DNA of 64,000 nucleotides from Magallana gigas (taxonomy: Eukaryota), in assembly GCF_963853765.1 (NCBI RefSeq), contig NC_088854.1, positions 10,354,001-10,418,000 of the forward strand, read 5' to 3'. This document shows positions 35,901 to 48,765 of this stretch, piece by piece. The notes under the pieces are model-generated. The model ran no database searches. It was not told the origin of the DNA and saw nothing but the letters and a program-made list of their open reading frames with translations. The translations under genes were made by a program, and so were the position numbers. The stretch's first letter is position 1, and each line of letters begins with the position of its first letter.

Positions 35901-38900
35901 GAAATCTGCAGGGGCCCCAAATGGGGATTAACTGTAAATATGTATATAAGTTTTAAAGAACTAAATATATTGGCTGCAGCAAACAATGACTCCGCTATGA
36001 GATTCGGGTCGTATGCATTCCAGTCTTTTCTTTCTAGTTGTGCACTTGCTTTATTTTCTTGTATTTCTTTCTGTACCTATGAAATAATAAAATACAGTAA
36101 GTGCAACTCTTGTAGAATTTTAAAGCTTGACTTCGATGGTAACTCTAAGCATGAGAGATATTTACAACTTGAACACATTTTTAAGTTTTAAAATTCACAA
36201 ATTTAAATGATTAAATTACTCATCCACATTAAATTTGGTATAGATCTAGAACTACATGAATGATAAAATGATACTTATCAGACAGTTTAAAACAAGAAAG
36301 ACACAAGATAGAGAACAAAGTGATATTAAAAAAGTTTATTTATCAGCATTTTTAGCTCATTGAGACAAAGTGGGGGGGGGGGGGGGATGGGGTGTTGAGC
36401 TTATGCTATACCCTTAGTGCAGACTTCCAGACCTGGTCATCTTTCGCCTGCCAAGGATTTCTGATCTGCTACTCATTGTTTATGAGGAGAGTAGCTGATT
36501 TTTGTATAATAAAATAATGGTGGATTTATAAAGGTGATACTTCGTCTCGGTGAGCCCTGCAATCTTGAATTACCTACGTTTTGTTGGTTCCTACCTGTAA
36601 GTAAGCTATTAATCTAAGTGTGAATGTGGCTATGTACAAAGAATTGGTGACAAAGTCCAGAATGTTCCACATATCATGGACGTAGTCATGGGCTCCCTCA
36701 TCCCACAGCTGCTTGATCTCTGCCCATATCAGTCCTATAATCATAAAATACAGATATTGTAGTCATAACATATGAACAGTGTACAATATCAGACCTGTAA
36801 TGATAAAATAAAGACTGTCATTATAACATATAAACAGTGTACAATATCAGACCTGAAACTAGGCAACATTGAATTGGTGACCATCTCAAAGGGCCCAGCT
36901 TAGATAATGGACAATAGGATGGTAAGAATTTCAGAGAATTTTGCTTTGACCTTGACCTTTAATTTCTTTGCTGGCATCGAACTTCTAATTAAATCTTATT
37001 ACCCTTTTCACACAGGCATTTTCGTTCAATCTGAGCAAGATTAAGCAAATGGGAAATAATCTAGGGTCTAAAACTGTTTATAAAAAGATCTGCTGTGACC
37101 TTCACATTGACTTGGTTTAAGGTCACTGTGCACCATTAACCAAACATCTCTATTTAAATACAGTATTAGCCAATTAGGCTAATTGGACAATATATACAAT
37201 GCTCTTAAAGTAATGGATTTTTGCAGTCTAATATGACCTTGAGACTTGACCTATAAACATCATTCAAGGTCACTGCATATCCTTTGATCAAAGGCACCAC
37301 ATGGGTTAAGTATGAGCCAAATTGGCGCAATGGGAGAGAATATATACTTTGGACAAGAATTTTTCATTTAATTCTCTTATGACCATAGACATACACTCTC
37401 TGAAAGAAGAATAAGCCAGATTAGACCAAAGGGAGAGAAGATATGCCCCGGACAAAGATTTTACATATAATTCTGCTATGACCTTAACCTTAGACCTAGA
37501 AACATGGTTTAAGGTCACTGCACACCCTTTACCCAAAGGCATTCTGTGAATCGAAAAAACTTATCAGAGTACATGGCATCATATGAACATTCTAATAATG
37601 AGGTACCATTGGTGATTGGACAGAGAAGATGTGTGAAATAACAGTGAATGTTTTACAAAATATTACAATGTCTCACTTCTCAATTTAAAGCTTGTAGTGT
37701 AAATTTACCTAAATTATTGAGTTCTTTTGTATTATCTACACTAAGCAACTTAAGGAGGTTGACTTTAGTTTTCGTTGCACATGTTTCGTGTATTCTAGTA
37801 AAATACAGTGTATATGTTTTAAATTCTTTTAATTAAAAAAACAATTACATATTAGTTCTTATTTTGAATTCAGGGCCATGATAATTGATATATTGTTCAT
37901 TCATAATATCTAAATTTATGTCAGTTGAATGAAGTCAGAAACACTGAGGATAATTAACGATCTGATAATTTACTACGTGAGCATTAATGCTTACATATAC
38001 ATGTATAAGTGAATTAGTACAAAATAGAAAGGTTGAGATTTCAAACGTGTAAGGGTTAGTGTACTAGGGGAATCACCTAAATTCTTTGCGAATTAAGTCA
38101 TCAGTATTTGTGACAACATTCTACATGTACTCTAAACTTGTGGATCGAGTGTTGTCTACATGTAAGAACAAACTTTTAGCTCAAAATATCCATATCATTG
38201 AAAAATAAGAAAACTTCATGAATCAATTTAAAAGGTTTATATAAAAAAGAATCCTTCAAATACACTGGTTATAGAAGTAAAGCTGCACTCAAAGCTTTGA
38301 TTTAATCCTTACCAGCGACATAGGCCAGGATCATCCACTCCACCATGGTGGCAGGTGCCCCCCTCTGCTCTAGCTGTATCTTATCCAGGTCAGTCGCCAC
38401 TTTGTCCCACAGGCCTGGTATAGGAATCTCCACCCGCTGGGACACCAGAATTAGTAAAACTGTTACAGAAGGAAATCAAAATAAATTAAACATTTGAGGA
38501 ATAAATGTTGGATAACCTGGAAATCTAAATTTATCTATAAACTTAGTCAATAATTTGGTAGAATCAGCTCTGAAATTTATCAAAAAGTCAGAATACATAT
38601 CAATTTGGCAATTAACATTTCTGATTTTAATAATATTGATTATAAAATCATAAAAATCTTTGTATAATTTTAATAAATATATCCAGAAACTAAAAAACAA
38701 CTTACCCAGGAATGTTATATAAGAAGCACTGTGACATATAAATTTTATAAAGGGCTTTCGTATAAGTTTTCCGAAGCGACTCTTGGGTGCGATCAGATAG
38801 AACAAGGAGAGTAATGGGAAGGTAAATCCTATCATGAACGTGATCAACAGTCTGGACACAATATTATGACGACGGAAACCCGGCAAGCCTTCATACCACA

Positions 38901-41900
38901 GGGACGCTAACAACTGCTGGCAGTTGGGATGAGACACAAACTGAAAAGACAAGAAATGTACAGTTATCTTTCTTTTATTATAGGATGTATTAAGTGCTAT
39001 GCTGTATAGATGTGCAGAAATAAAAATCTTCTAGGGTAGTTTAATGCATGTGTACCAATTGGGGCTATATAGACTGTTGATATTTGCCTCATGGTAGAGC
39101 TCCTGACTAGCATGCAGATGTCCTGAGTTTGATCCCTGATGCAGCCATTTAATTTCAATATTTTTACTCATTCAACCTTTTCTTCATTTTATTTGCCATT
39201 TTTATTTTAAAAAAATAATAGTAACATATACACTTGTTTATGTATTGGATTTCAATGTCTTTCTCATGAGTTCTGAAATGTTGCTCACAATTTTATTTTT
39301 CATGCCTAACCAACTGTATTATTTTTTTATGTCACATTAAAAATACATGTAGTTCCACTGTTTTTTTGCTTAATGAAAAGGAGAGCTGATATCTGTTTTC
39401 AAAAGATGCAAAACTTGTTTGTCATTAGGACTTGGATTCCAACCTTCAGAGATGCACTTTATTGACAGTGTAGCTGATTGATTGAGGACTAAAAAAAGAA
39501 CTGCCTCAGTACTTGTCCCTGAATCCCAGACTACCAGGCGGCTAAATATACAACTGAATAAACACCGAACAAAACATTCAGGTGCTAATTTAATCACAAC
39601 AAATATTTAATGAGAGCATAGATGATCATGCACAAATGAATATCTTTGAAATATTAATTCTGAAGTGTATTGCTTCGAAAAATAAGTTATTCAAGAAAAC
39701 TGGTTAATTTTTGTAATTAATTGATGCAAATCATAAATAAATGCAAGTGCAATTTTTTAAATGCACTTCAATAAAACACTACTGAATAATTTTTTACAGA
39801 TTGATGGAATGAAATAATATTGGTCTGGTTCTGAAAAATAAAGGAAAAAATTACTGAAGCCATGGAGAGAACACTACAGCTGAGCTATTTTTGAGAATCA
39901 TATTTTTGTAGTGGAAATAAAATCCAAAGTGATAGCAACAGTACAATGGTCTAAATTTTCATTATAAAAATGTCTTACCGGTATATCATTTGCCATAAAA
40001 ACTTACAAAAGTATACAGCAAGCCTAAAATTTACCTCGGTATAAAAGTACATTGAAAAAAAATTAGTCATTGAAGATATTATTTAGAATTATTTAATCTG
40101 ATAACTATATATACAAGTTTCCTAAAGGGATGTTGACAACAAACAACTTCTTAATTCAATGTCGCGTAACATCGTATCTTCAGATCAGAAATAAGCCACT
40201 TACTGTACACTCTGTGTAGAGCTTCTGTATTGATCTTTCTCCTACATAATTATCAAACATCCATTACAGTCCCTTGACCTTGCCATTAACAAATTGATTT
40301 TTAAATTAAAAGACATGTACCGGTACTATCCCAAGGTCATTAGCAAATGTTGTGCAACACATGAATCTTGAAAAGATAAGAGGTGTGGCTACAAGACCTT
40401 GAATTTAGGACCAAATGAACTTCCACCAATAAAGATAACTTAACTTCAACAGAAACTTAAGTTTTGATGCAAGTCTAGAGATTAGTATGAAGACAATGAA
40501 TTCCAGTTAAAAAGCTTCAAATGGATATTTGCACTTATTTTCAGAAAAATTAGTGTTGATAGTTATTTTGCTCATTAAATAAGTTTATTATACGTTAAAT
40601 TAAAATGGTTCATAGCAGATTTTCAAGTTTTTATTAAAACTTTTTTGGAGGCAATTTGATTAAAACAAAAAACACTGTTAAAGCTTTTTGAACATGAGGT
40701 AAACAATGATGCCTTGAGTATTTCCAGAATATAGGAGCATGTGATCACATGAACATTGAACATTGAACGTTGAACATTAGTACTCAGTATATAGGAGCAT
40801 AAGCAATAAACAGCTAGTGCATATCTGTAATTATATACTAGTAATATAGAAGTATGTGATTAATAATGCATGTCGATCAGTACTTTCAGTACTTTGATTA
40901 TGAATTATTTGTTAAACAGACAATTATACAAAGGTATTTAGATAAAATGGAAAAATTCACAGTATTCAAACCAAATATAACATTTTTTTTTTCAGATAAG
41001 AACTGATTAATATATCCAATATTTGAGGCAGTTAAGACTTAATAATGCATGTACTGATGAAGAGCAAAAAATCCCATGACACTATTAATGGATAAAATTT
41101 ATACATTTTAAAAAATGTCAACTATTTAATAGTTTATTCCTATTAATAATTGATAGAAAAAATTAGCTCTTTTTCTCAGAAATTGATTAATTCATTTTTG
41201 CATAGCAATTGCAAACTTCAAAGGGAATACATAAATCTATAGTGTCTCCTAATGGAAAACGGTCACTTTAAATTCTGAAAGAACATTTTGCTTGCCATAT
41301 ACCGTCCGGAATAGGTCGGTTGAATCAGTTTCAAATATTTTGACATACTACGAAGTACAAGTATATTACAGGTAACAGTAGTAATAAAACATATGTTATT
41401 GTATCTATAAAAGCGCTCTATTCTATTAAACAGATTGTATTCGTCTTTAGACAGAATGTTTCATAATTATAACTGACTGAATAGAATAGCTAGGTCTCAG
41501 GGCCTGATGTTTCATGACAACTGCAATTAGGTAATTTCATCCACTTGTTTAACGTCAACCCAAACAAGTCCATAAATGCCTAAATTTTCATATGTTTTGT
41601 CTCAGACTACTATAGCTATTTATCCCAATATAGTCAGTCTCTTGGGATGTTAATACAGACGGCTCATGTTTTAAAAGAAAAATCTGTCATCCCTATATTA
41701 TTTGCCATTGCGAACACCAGCATTGAAAAAAGTAAGTTGGATAAGTCTTAAATCCGACTACAGATTTCCCTTGTGGACTCCCAGTGTGTTCAAGTGAATC
41801 AGATTGGGAGGGATTGAATACAGGAAGCGGAAAATTCAATTTAAGGACCCGAGGTAGCAATGACAGTCTTTACAACACTGTCTGATTTCATGTGGGGTTG

Positions 41901-44900
41901 GAATAGCAAGCAAGAATAAAGAAAGCCATTCCTGCAGTTCAGCAAATAGAATGTAATGATTTTTCACATCTCGGAGAATATGGCATCTCTTTTCGAAGAT
42001 GTAGTAATAACTTGCTTAGAGAAAAATTGCTTATATCTTTTAATAAATGAGCCCTCTTATTCTTTGTATGAGAGTGGGTCATTAGCAGCTACAAGCCAAT
42101 GACAATAATACCAATGTGTCCTATATGATCTGTGAAGGAGCAAAATTATGAAAAAGAACAATTCTAAAGAGATTTAGCACTCAGATGAGGATGAGTCAGG
42201 CAAGATATGTATTGGCAGTACTGATAAGGACAGAAGTATTAGAGAGAAAATGATGAATGAATGTGCAGAAAAACAATCCCGCACTACAATGATTGTGTGA
42301 GTATGGGAAACGAACCATGTAATATGTGAATGAGAAAATGGAGACATTATGTTGAGCTAATTATTCTTATGTTTTCTTTCAAAAAACCTCTAAATACATA
42401 TTGTGGCTTAATTATACTGAGATTACTGCAGTGACATCTGTGTTTAAAAAAAGGAGACCTGTGATATAAAAATAAAACATTTCTGATATAAGTAGTCCAC
42501 TGAACTTGACCAACTTCCTTACATTTGGAAAGCCAAAGGGTTCAATATTCTATCTATGTAATTATGTACCTGTGTTTTCGTTGTGTTATTCATTCAATGT
42601 AAATGGCAATGGCGTTGGAAGCAAATTGAAAGTGGGGGGGGGGGGGGTTTACTTATCAGAAATCTTGACAAGCAAAAAAACAAAAAGAAGAAAAAGGTCA
42701 AGACTATATTTCTTACTTTGCAAAAAAACTGGGGAGGCTAAGCCCCCCCCTTCCTCTAGTTCCCAAATCATATGGATGGAGAAATGTTGATTTTTAAATC
42801 TGTTATTCATTCTTCGAATATTGTATATAAGGATCTGTAAAACATCATTTGTAAGATTTTTCAGATTTTGGTAAATTGTTGATTCATAATCCGTTTGATG
42901 CAAGTTTGACATTTGTACTCGGTCATTTGTGATTCTTATTTTTAGATTTGTAAGGTAATGTATCATTATGACGACAGGGGGCGCATGCTACGTCTAATTT
43001 TTGGAAACAGACTATAGAACCAAGGTATCCTCTCAGCATGTACAACAGTTTTATAATAGTACATTATCATACAAATCTCGAAATAAAAATCAAATGATGC
43101 AAATACAAATGTCAAACTTGCATCAAACTGATCATGAATCAACAATTTACTGAAACCCAATTTACAAATGGTGTTAATCGAAGACTAAGTAACAAAGTTA
43201 AAAATTAACATTTCTCCTTTTACATACTGAATCCTTTGGCTTTCCATACTCACACGTTCAATGACTTGCTAATTATATATACTGTTAAACATATATACCC
43301 TTCAAAAACAATGATTATTTAGATACATGTATCAGAAAAGGTACACACCATCACACAATGATGTATTGAATAATGTAAATACCTTTTTCTGTTTGAACTT
43401 GATGGCCAGTTTTAGCCGACTGAGCTTCATCTTGTCTGTGGGTTTGGGCTCAATTTCCTGTTCCCCCTCAGAGTAGGCCGGATTGGTCGTGTCATGGTTC
43501 AGAATCACCTCCAGCTCCTTGGATCCGCGGATCTGATCCAGTAAATCCACCGCAAATTCTTGGCACTTTTTGGCTAATTTTTCATAATCCAACTTGAACT
43601 CATTCTCAAGTTTGCTAAGTCTCCGAAGTTCCCAGCTCAATTCAAAAGAAGTCAGAATCGGGTCTTTACTGGATAAAGCTATGAGTGAGGGGCTTGCCAA
43701 TGCCCGGTAGGCATTGATGCGTGACCGACTGTGACGGAGGCTGTCATCAGTACTTTCATTGATGCATGACTTACAGTGACACTTGATGTTGTGGGGTTTT
43801 GGAATTCGGTAGCCCCTGTCTAAGAGTAGTTTGATGATTTCATAGTTGTCCCGATGAGCTGCCAGAATAATTGGGGTTATATCTGGAGTGAATGAGCTTG
43901 AAGGAACACTCTGGTGTAGAGACTGAAAAAGACAAACAGGTTGTGTGGTCAAAAATGTAAAAACCCCACCATCTTATTATAGAATAAAAATCAAAGCTAC
44001 ATTATTGTTATGTTTGATAAAAATGTTATCAAAGTCAGGTTTGTTTTGCAAATGGGAAAATATTAAGAATCTGCGTCAAGAACAATATAAATCAATAGTT
44101 TTAAATACATGTATAGTTTAACTATCATACTCATCATAAAATTTCATTGCTGTATCAATTACATGCGCCTTTATAATTTTTAAAGAAAATCACTGCTTAA
44201 GGGGGCTGGATGGTTGTGGCCATTTTTAGACTGTATTGATCTCTTTTCGAAGAAGAGCTCGATCTATAAAAAAATATAGAAAATACCCAAATCAAAAAAG
44301 GTTATTTAATATGGTGTTTCTCTTTACTAAAAGATAGTTCATAACTAAAAAATTCATATTTTAAAATTTAAGGTAGATCTGATGGTTAATTTGGTGACCA
44401 CACAGCCCCCCTAATATTTATGTTTATCAATGTCATTATAAAACTGCCACTCAACTGAAGAAAACTGATGAAGGTTAACTCAAGGGCAATGCGCATATGT
44501 ATAGATCTTTAGATTCAGAAAAATGATGGAGGCAGAATGACTAACTTAATCTGCATAAAATTTCTGACTTCTGTCCACATCTGCTTCAAGTACAAATTCA
44601 TGCATCACTTTGAGGGCTATATTTTGTGACAATGGAGGGCAACTGCCCCTAATCATATTCAAAATATTGGTGATAATAAACAGCCGAGAATGTGGGGATT
44701 GAGACTTTTGTCTTGTTTTCTAATGGTTTTAGACCTTCCAATGTGTTCATAGTTATAAGAAAAGAAGAGCAAGAGGCACTATCATTGTTCCAGGGTTCAA
44801 ATTATAATACTCAATGCACAGTTTACAATGTATATTGTAGATAATAAATAAGTCCTTGGGATTTGTATAAAACTGCACCTGCAGATTAATAGAATTAAAA

Positions 44901-47900
44901 TTTGATCCAAATTCCATTTATGATAACACGTGTAATTAACTGTGGTTCAAATTCTCTTCTTAATTCTTTTTTATATTAATTTTATAGATAATTTTGACTT
45001 TTTACTTACTTAAATTAACTTAATAGAATACACTGGAAAACAAAATCAAAACATTTTCTTGTTGTGATCTTTCTCAACTTCTTAACATCACATCTTTATA
45101 TTACGTTTATAGGGATGAATAAATAAAAAATATGGCTTCAAAAGATTAATGCATGTAATTTAAATCCCTAGCTGAATCATAATCCTCATTAAAATATATT
45201 AAGCTTATAAAAATATATCAGATGCATTAAAAAAAAAATCAGACATGAACATCAAATTGAAAAGCTATAAATTACATAAAAAGCACTAAAAGCATACAAC
45301 AGCTTTTACAGTTACTCTGAACATGTAAACGATGTATAAGCATTATACACATTGTGGTATATACTGAAAAAGCAGAAATTTTTGTGTGGATACAATGATT
45401 CATAGATATGTGATTGGTTTCTTAGGGATACTATTACATATGGTTTCAAAAATAACCATACAGGTACTCACAATATACTGTTACCATATATGGGATTCAG
45501 TTTCATTGATAAATGTTATCAAACTAAATTTATTCATTTTTTTCTGCTTTTACAATTATTGCAATGGGGGCAGAAATGTATATGAACATGTTACATTCTA
45601 AGAAAATAAATCATGCAAATGAATCATAAAATCAAAAGCTAGACCAAACATTAAAAAATTAGGGAATGCCGGAGTATCCAATAAATTCATGGAGAGGGAT
45701 GGAAGCATCAATGATTCCTGATAACTCCCTATGATAAATATTAGGCTATAACATTAAAGTAACAATAAAAAATTAAAATGTTGATTTCAATGATTTTTGT
45801 TCTAAAATATATAAAAAAAGAAAAGAAATTAATGTGGTATGGGACACCTCTATATTAAACGAACTATTTATCGAAATAAACAATAAAATCAAGTATATTT
45901 TTGTAAATCATAAGTTTCTTTCCCAACATTATCACCTAACAGCGTAGTGGTGTGGTTTAATTCTCTACGAATCTGTATGTAAGTCATATATGAGTTTGAA
46001 TTCTGTTGGGGATTTGAAATTTTTACCTTTCCAAACATTTTTAAATCATGTTTTTTGGTTAATATTGTAAAATGTGAAAATTCTAAACCGGTTGAAGCAT
46101 TTTACTTATATATGTACTTTAATCCATACTTAACAGATGTCCCATACCACCTTAATATTTTCCAATAGGGAATTTGAGGGAAATTTAATTGAGGAGAGAG
46201 AGAAAGAGATACATGTAATAGATAAATACATGTAAATCCCTGTTATATAAGAACAATAAATAATGATCATCATTTCAAATACAAATTAACACCCTTAAAA
46301 ATTAAACTATAACTTTGAAATACTGTGGGGGGTTTTCCTATAGAAAGTTGTTTGAGAATCAAAAAGAAAAATGATAATTATAATAGTTATTCAGAAATAC
46401 AGTGTATGTTTAATGTGGCAGCATGGTTGATTTCAAGGGAGACTACTTACCCTTTCATGACGACGTGACTGCAATAGAGCAACAAAGTATTCTAAAGCGA
46501 GAGCATGTGCCATCTTCTAACTCCCACATATCAAAGTGTAACAAGTTTGTTTTTTCTTTGTAAAAATCAATTGCATGATCTAAACCACTTACAGCAGTGC
46601 TTTGATTGCATAAAGAAATTAATTCTTGGATTTGCTAATAGATTGTACAAGTTCAAGCAGTTCAAAGTGTTCACAATTGGTGACAAAGATGTTTTACCCC
46701 ACTTCTCTGAAAAATATTTTGTGGAGAAAAGAAATTAAGAGAAAGAAATTAAAGAATATATCTTATCATGACACCTGTAAAAAAATGCCATAACTGATGA
46801 TGCATATAATGCACTTGATATGTGAGAGCTAGGTGTTACAATCAAAGACAACATCTAATTTAGAAATTCATCAGAGGAAACAGATGTTTAAACATACAAG
46901 CATAAAAGATTATTGCACATACAATACACATATCTAATTAACCTGAAGAAAAAGGTGTAGTAGTGAGATTAAGGAAAAACAAAAAAGAAGCAGCTGCCGA
47001 GGGCAACAGAAGTACACAATGTGGCGAGTGTTAACTGTTCTAAGGTGATGGATTAAGAAAAACACAGAGCTGGCTGTAATTAAGCTGGTGAGAATAATGA
47101 AAGAACAAGCAGTCGACATGTTAAATTAAGCAACTAATTCCAACTTAAACAACTCATTTTGTTGATTCTAATTCAAGTTAGATAACTCTTACATTTAAGT
47201 TGACAAGACTTCAGTTAGTTTTGGTTTATTACTGTGTATATGAAAAAACACATATTTTTATCAACTAAATAATATATTAACAATTAAATGATTTTTTTTT
47301 GTTTGGTTCATATGGGTATAATTGGGGTGAGCATTGCCAAAAGATAATACACAAACCCTATGATAGAGTTTTACATTATTGAATTTTTTTGGCAGTGATT
47401 AAAACTAAAATATATGATCCCCATGAATCAACAAGGAAATTATTTAATTGTTTATCTTCACTTCTTTCTTTAATGCATTCACAAGTAGAGGATGTTAATA
47501 AAAGTGCATAGAATAGGGACTATATGTTAGCAATCAGTATGTTACATAGAGATATTACCTCAGTATATTGTATACAAAATTGGTCATGTAATACATCTGA
47601 ATTATTGATTTTATCCAGTATTAAGAAGTTATAACTGCATGGATCTAATAAAACTGTTTGCATCCTGTTACGAACAAGAATCACTTTTTGTAAGAAAATC
47701 ACAAGTAGATTTTCACTGGTCCAATGGCCATGCTAGCTGGCTGAAAATGACCATTCATTACAGCAAGATAATGCAGGATAGATGTTCATCTGAGGTTTAA
47801 ATGTACCATTAAATTTCCAATTGCAAGTGAAACATAGTTTCATTTCTAGATATACAATGTAGGGCAAATTTGATTGTAAGACTTGATCCTAATTTGAATA

Positions 47901-48697
47901 AATCTATTCATAACAGGTGGTTTTTCAGGTATTCAAGATGCTTCTCTCTTCTTTCCAATAATAAGCACATTGTATTCATTTTGCAAAATCATCAACAGCG
48001 CACAAAAATGTTTGAGTTGACAGAATTCCAAATCCAGCAAGAAAGCTGTTTTTTCAATGTCTAGATACCTTAGCAGTACTGGCTCCATAATTTAATGGAC
48101 ATAAGGTGTTGTTCTTACAATCAGTAAATGAGAAGCCTTGTCAGATTAATTACATTCTGTTTACATCACGATATTCCGCTCCCAAGGTGTGATGTTATCA
48201 GATGCATAACTGTAGGCTTCTTCCATGACTTACTGTATTGTTTATGATTTACCCACTGAGCATCACAGAGTACGCAAGACTTTGGAGTGCAATTTAGGGA
48301 ATTTTTTGCTCTTTTACAAAAATAAACAGCTGTTAGGGTGTTCTCTCCATTGTAATAAACATTAAAATGACCTGCTGCTAAACCCATTCTTTTGTCAGAT
48401 CAGAAGATCCGATAAAATAAGCCAACTGATAATTCATTGTGAACTAGGTTACTTTCGTGGCAAAGGTTTATAAAATGGTCTTAAACTGGTGAGACAGGTT
48501 ATGACATAACCCAGCAGGCCTAATAGAAGTTGCAGACAAAACATATCACAGATTTATGTGGAAGACACTTGTTTTAATGTTTTATCTTCCAGATTTTTAA
48601 CACATGGAAATGGAGTAACTGCTTTGGAATTAGACTTAGAACAAACAAACCTGGTACCTGGTATGATGAAATGACCAGACATGATATGATAGATTAA

Positions 48698-48765
<68 letters not shown>

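Noticed and set aside
40729-40860. (GAACATT)n between 60-bp spaced tataggagcat repeats
   Set aside because: Ordinary degenerate intronic minisatellite with no further structure.
46930-46990. Strong minus-strand acceptor ttcttcag|gttaat (second microexon or recursive splice site)
   Set aside because: Phase-0 stop after two codons and weak donor; cannot be supported without nascent RNA data.
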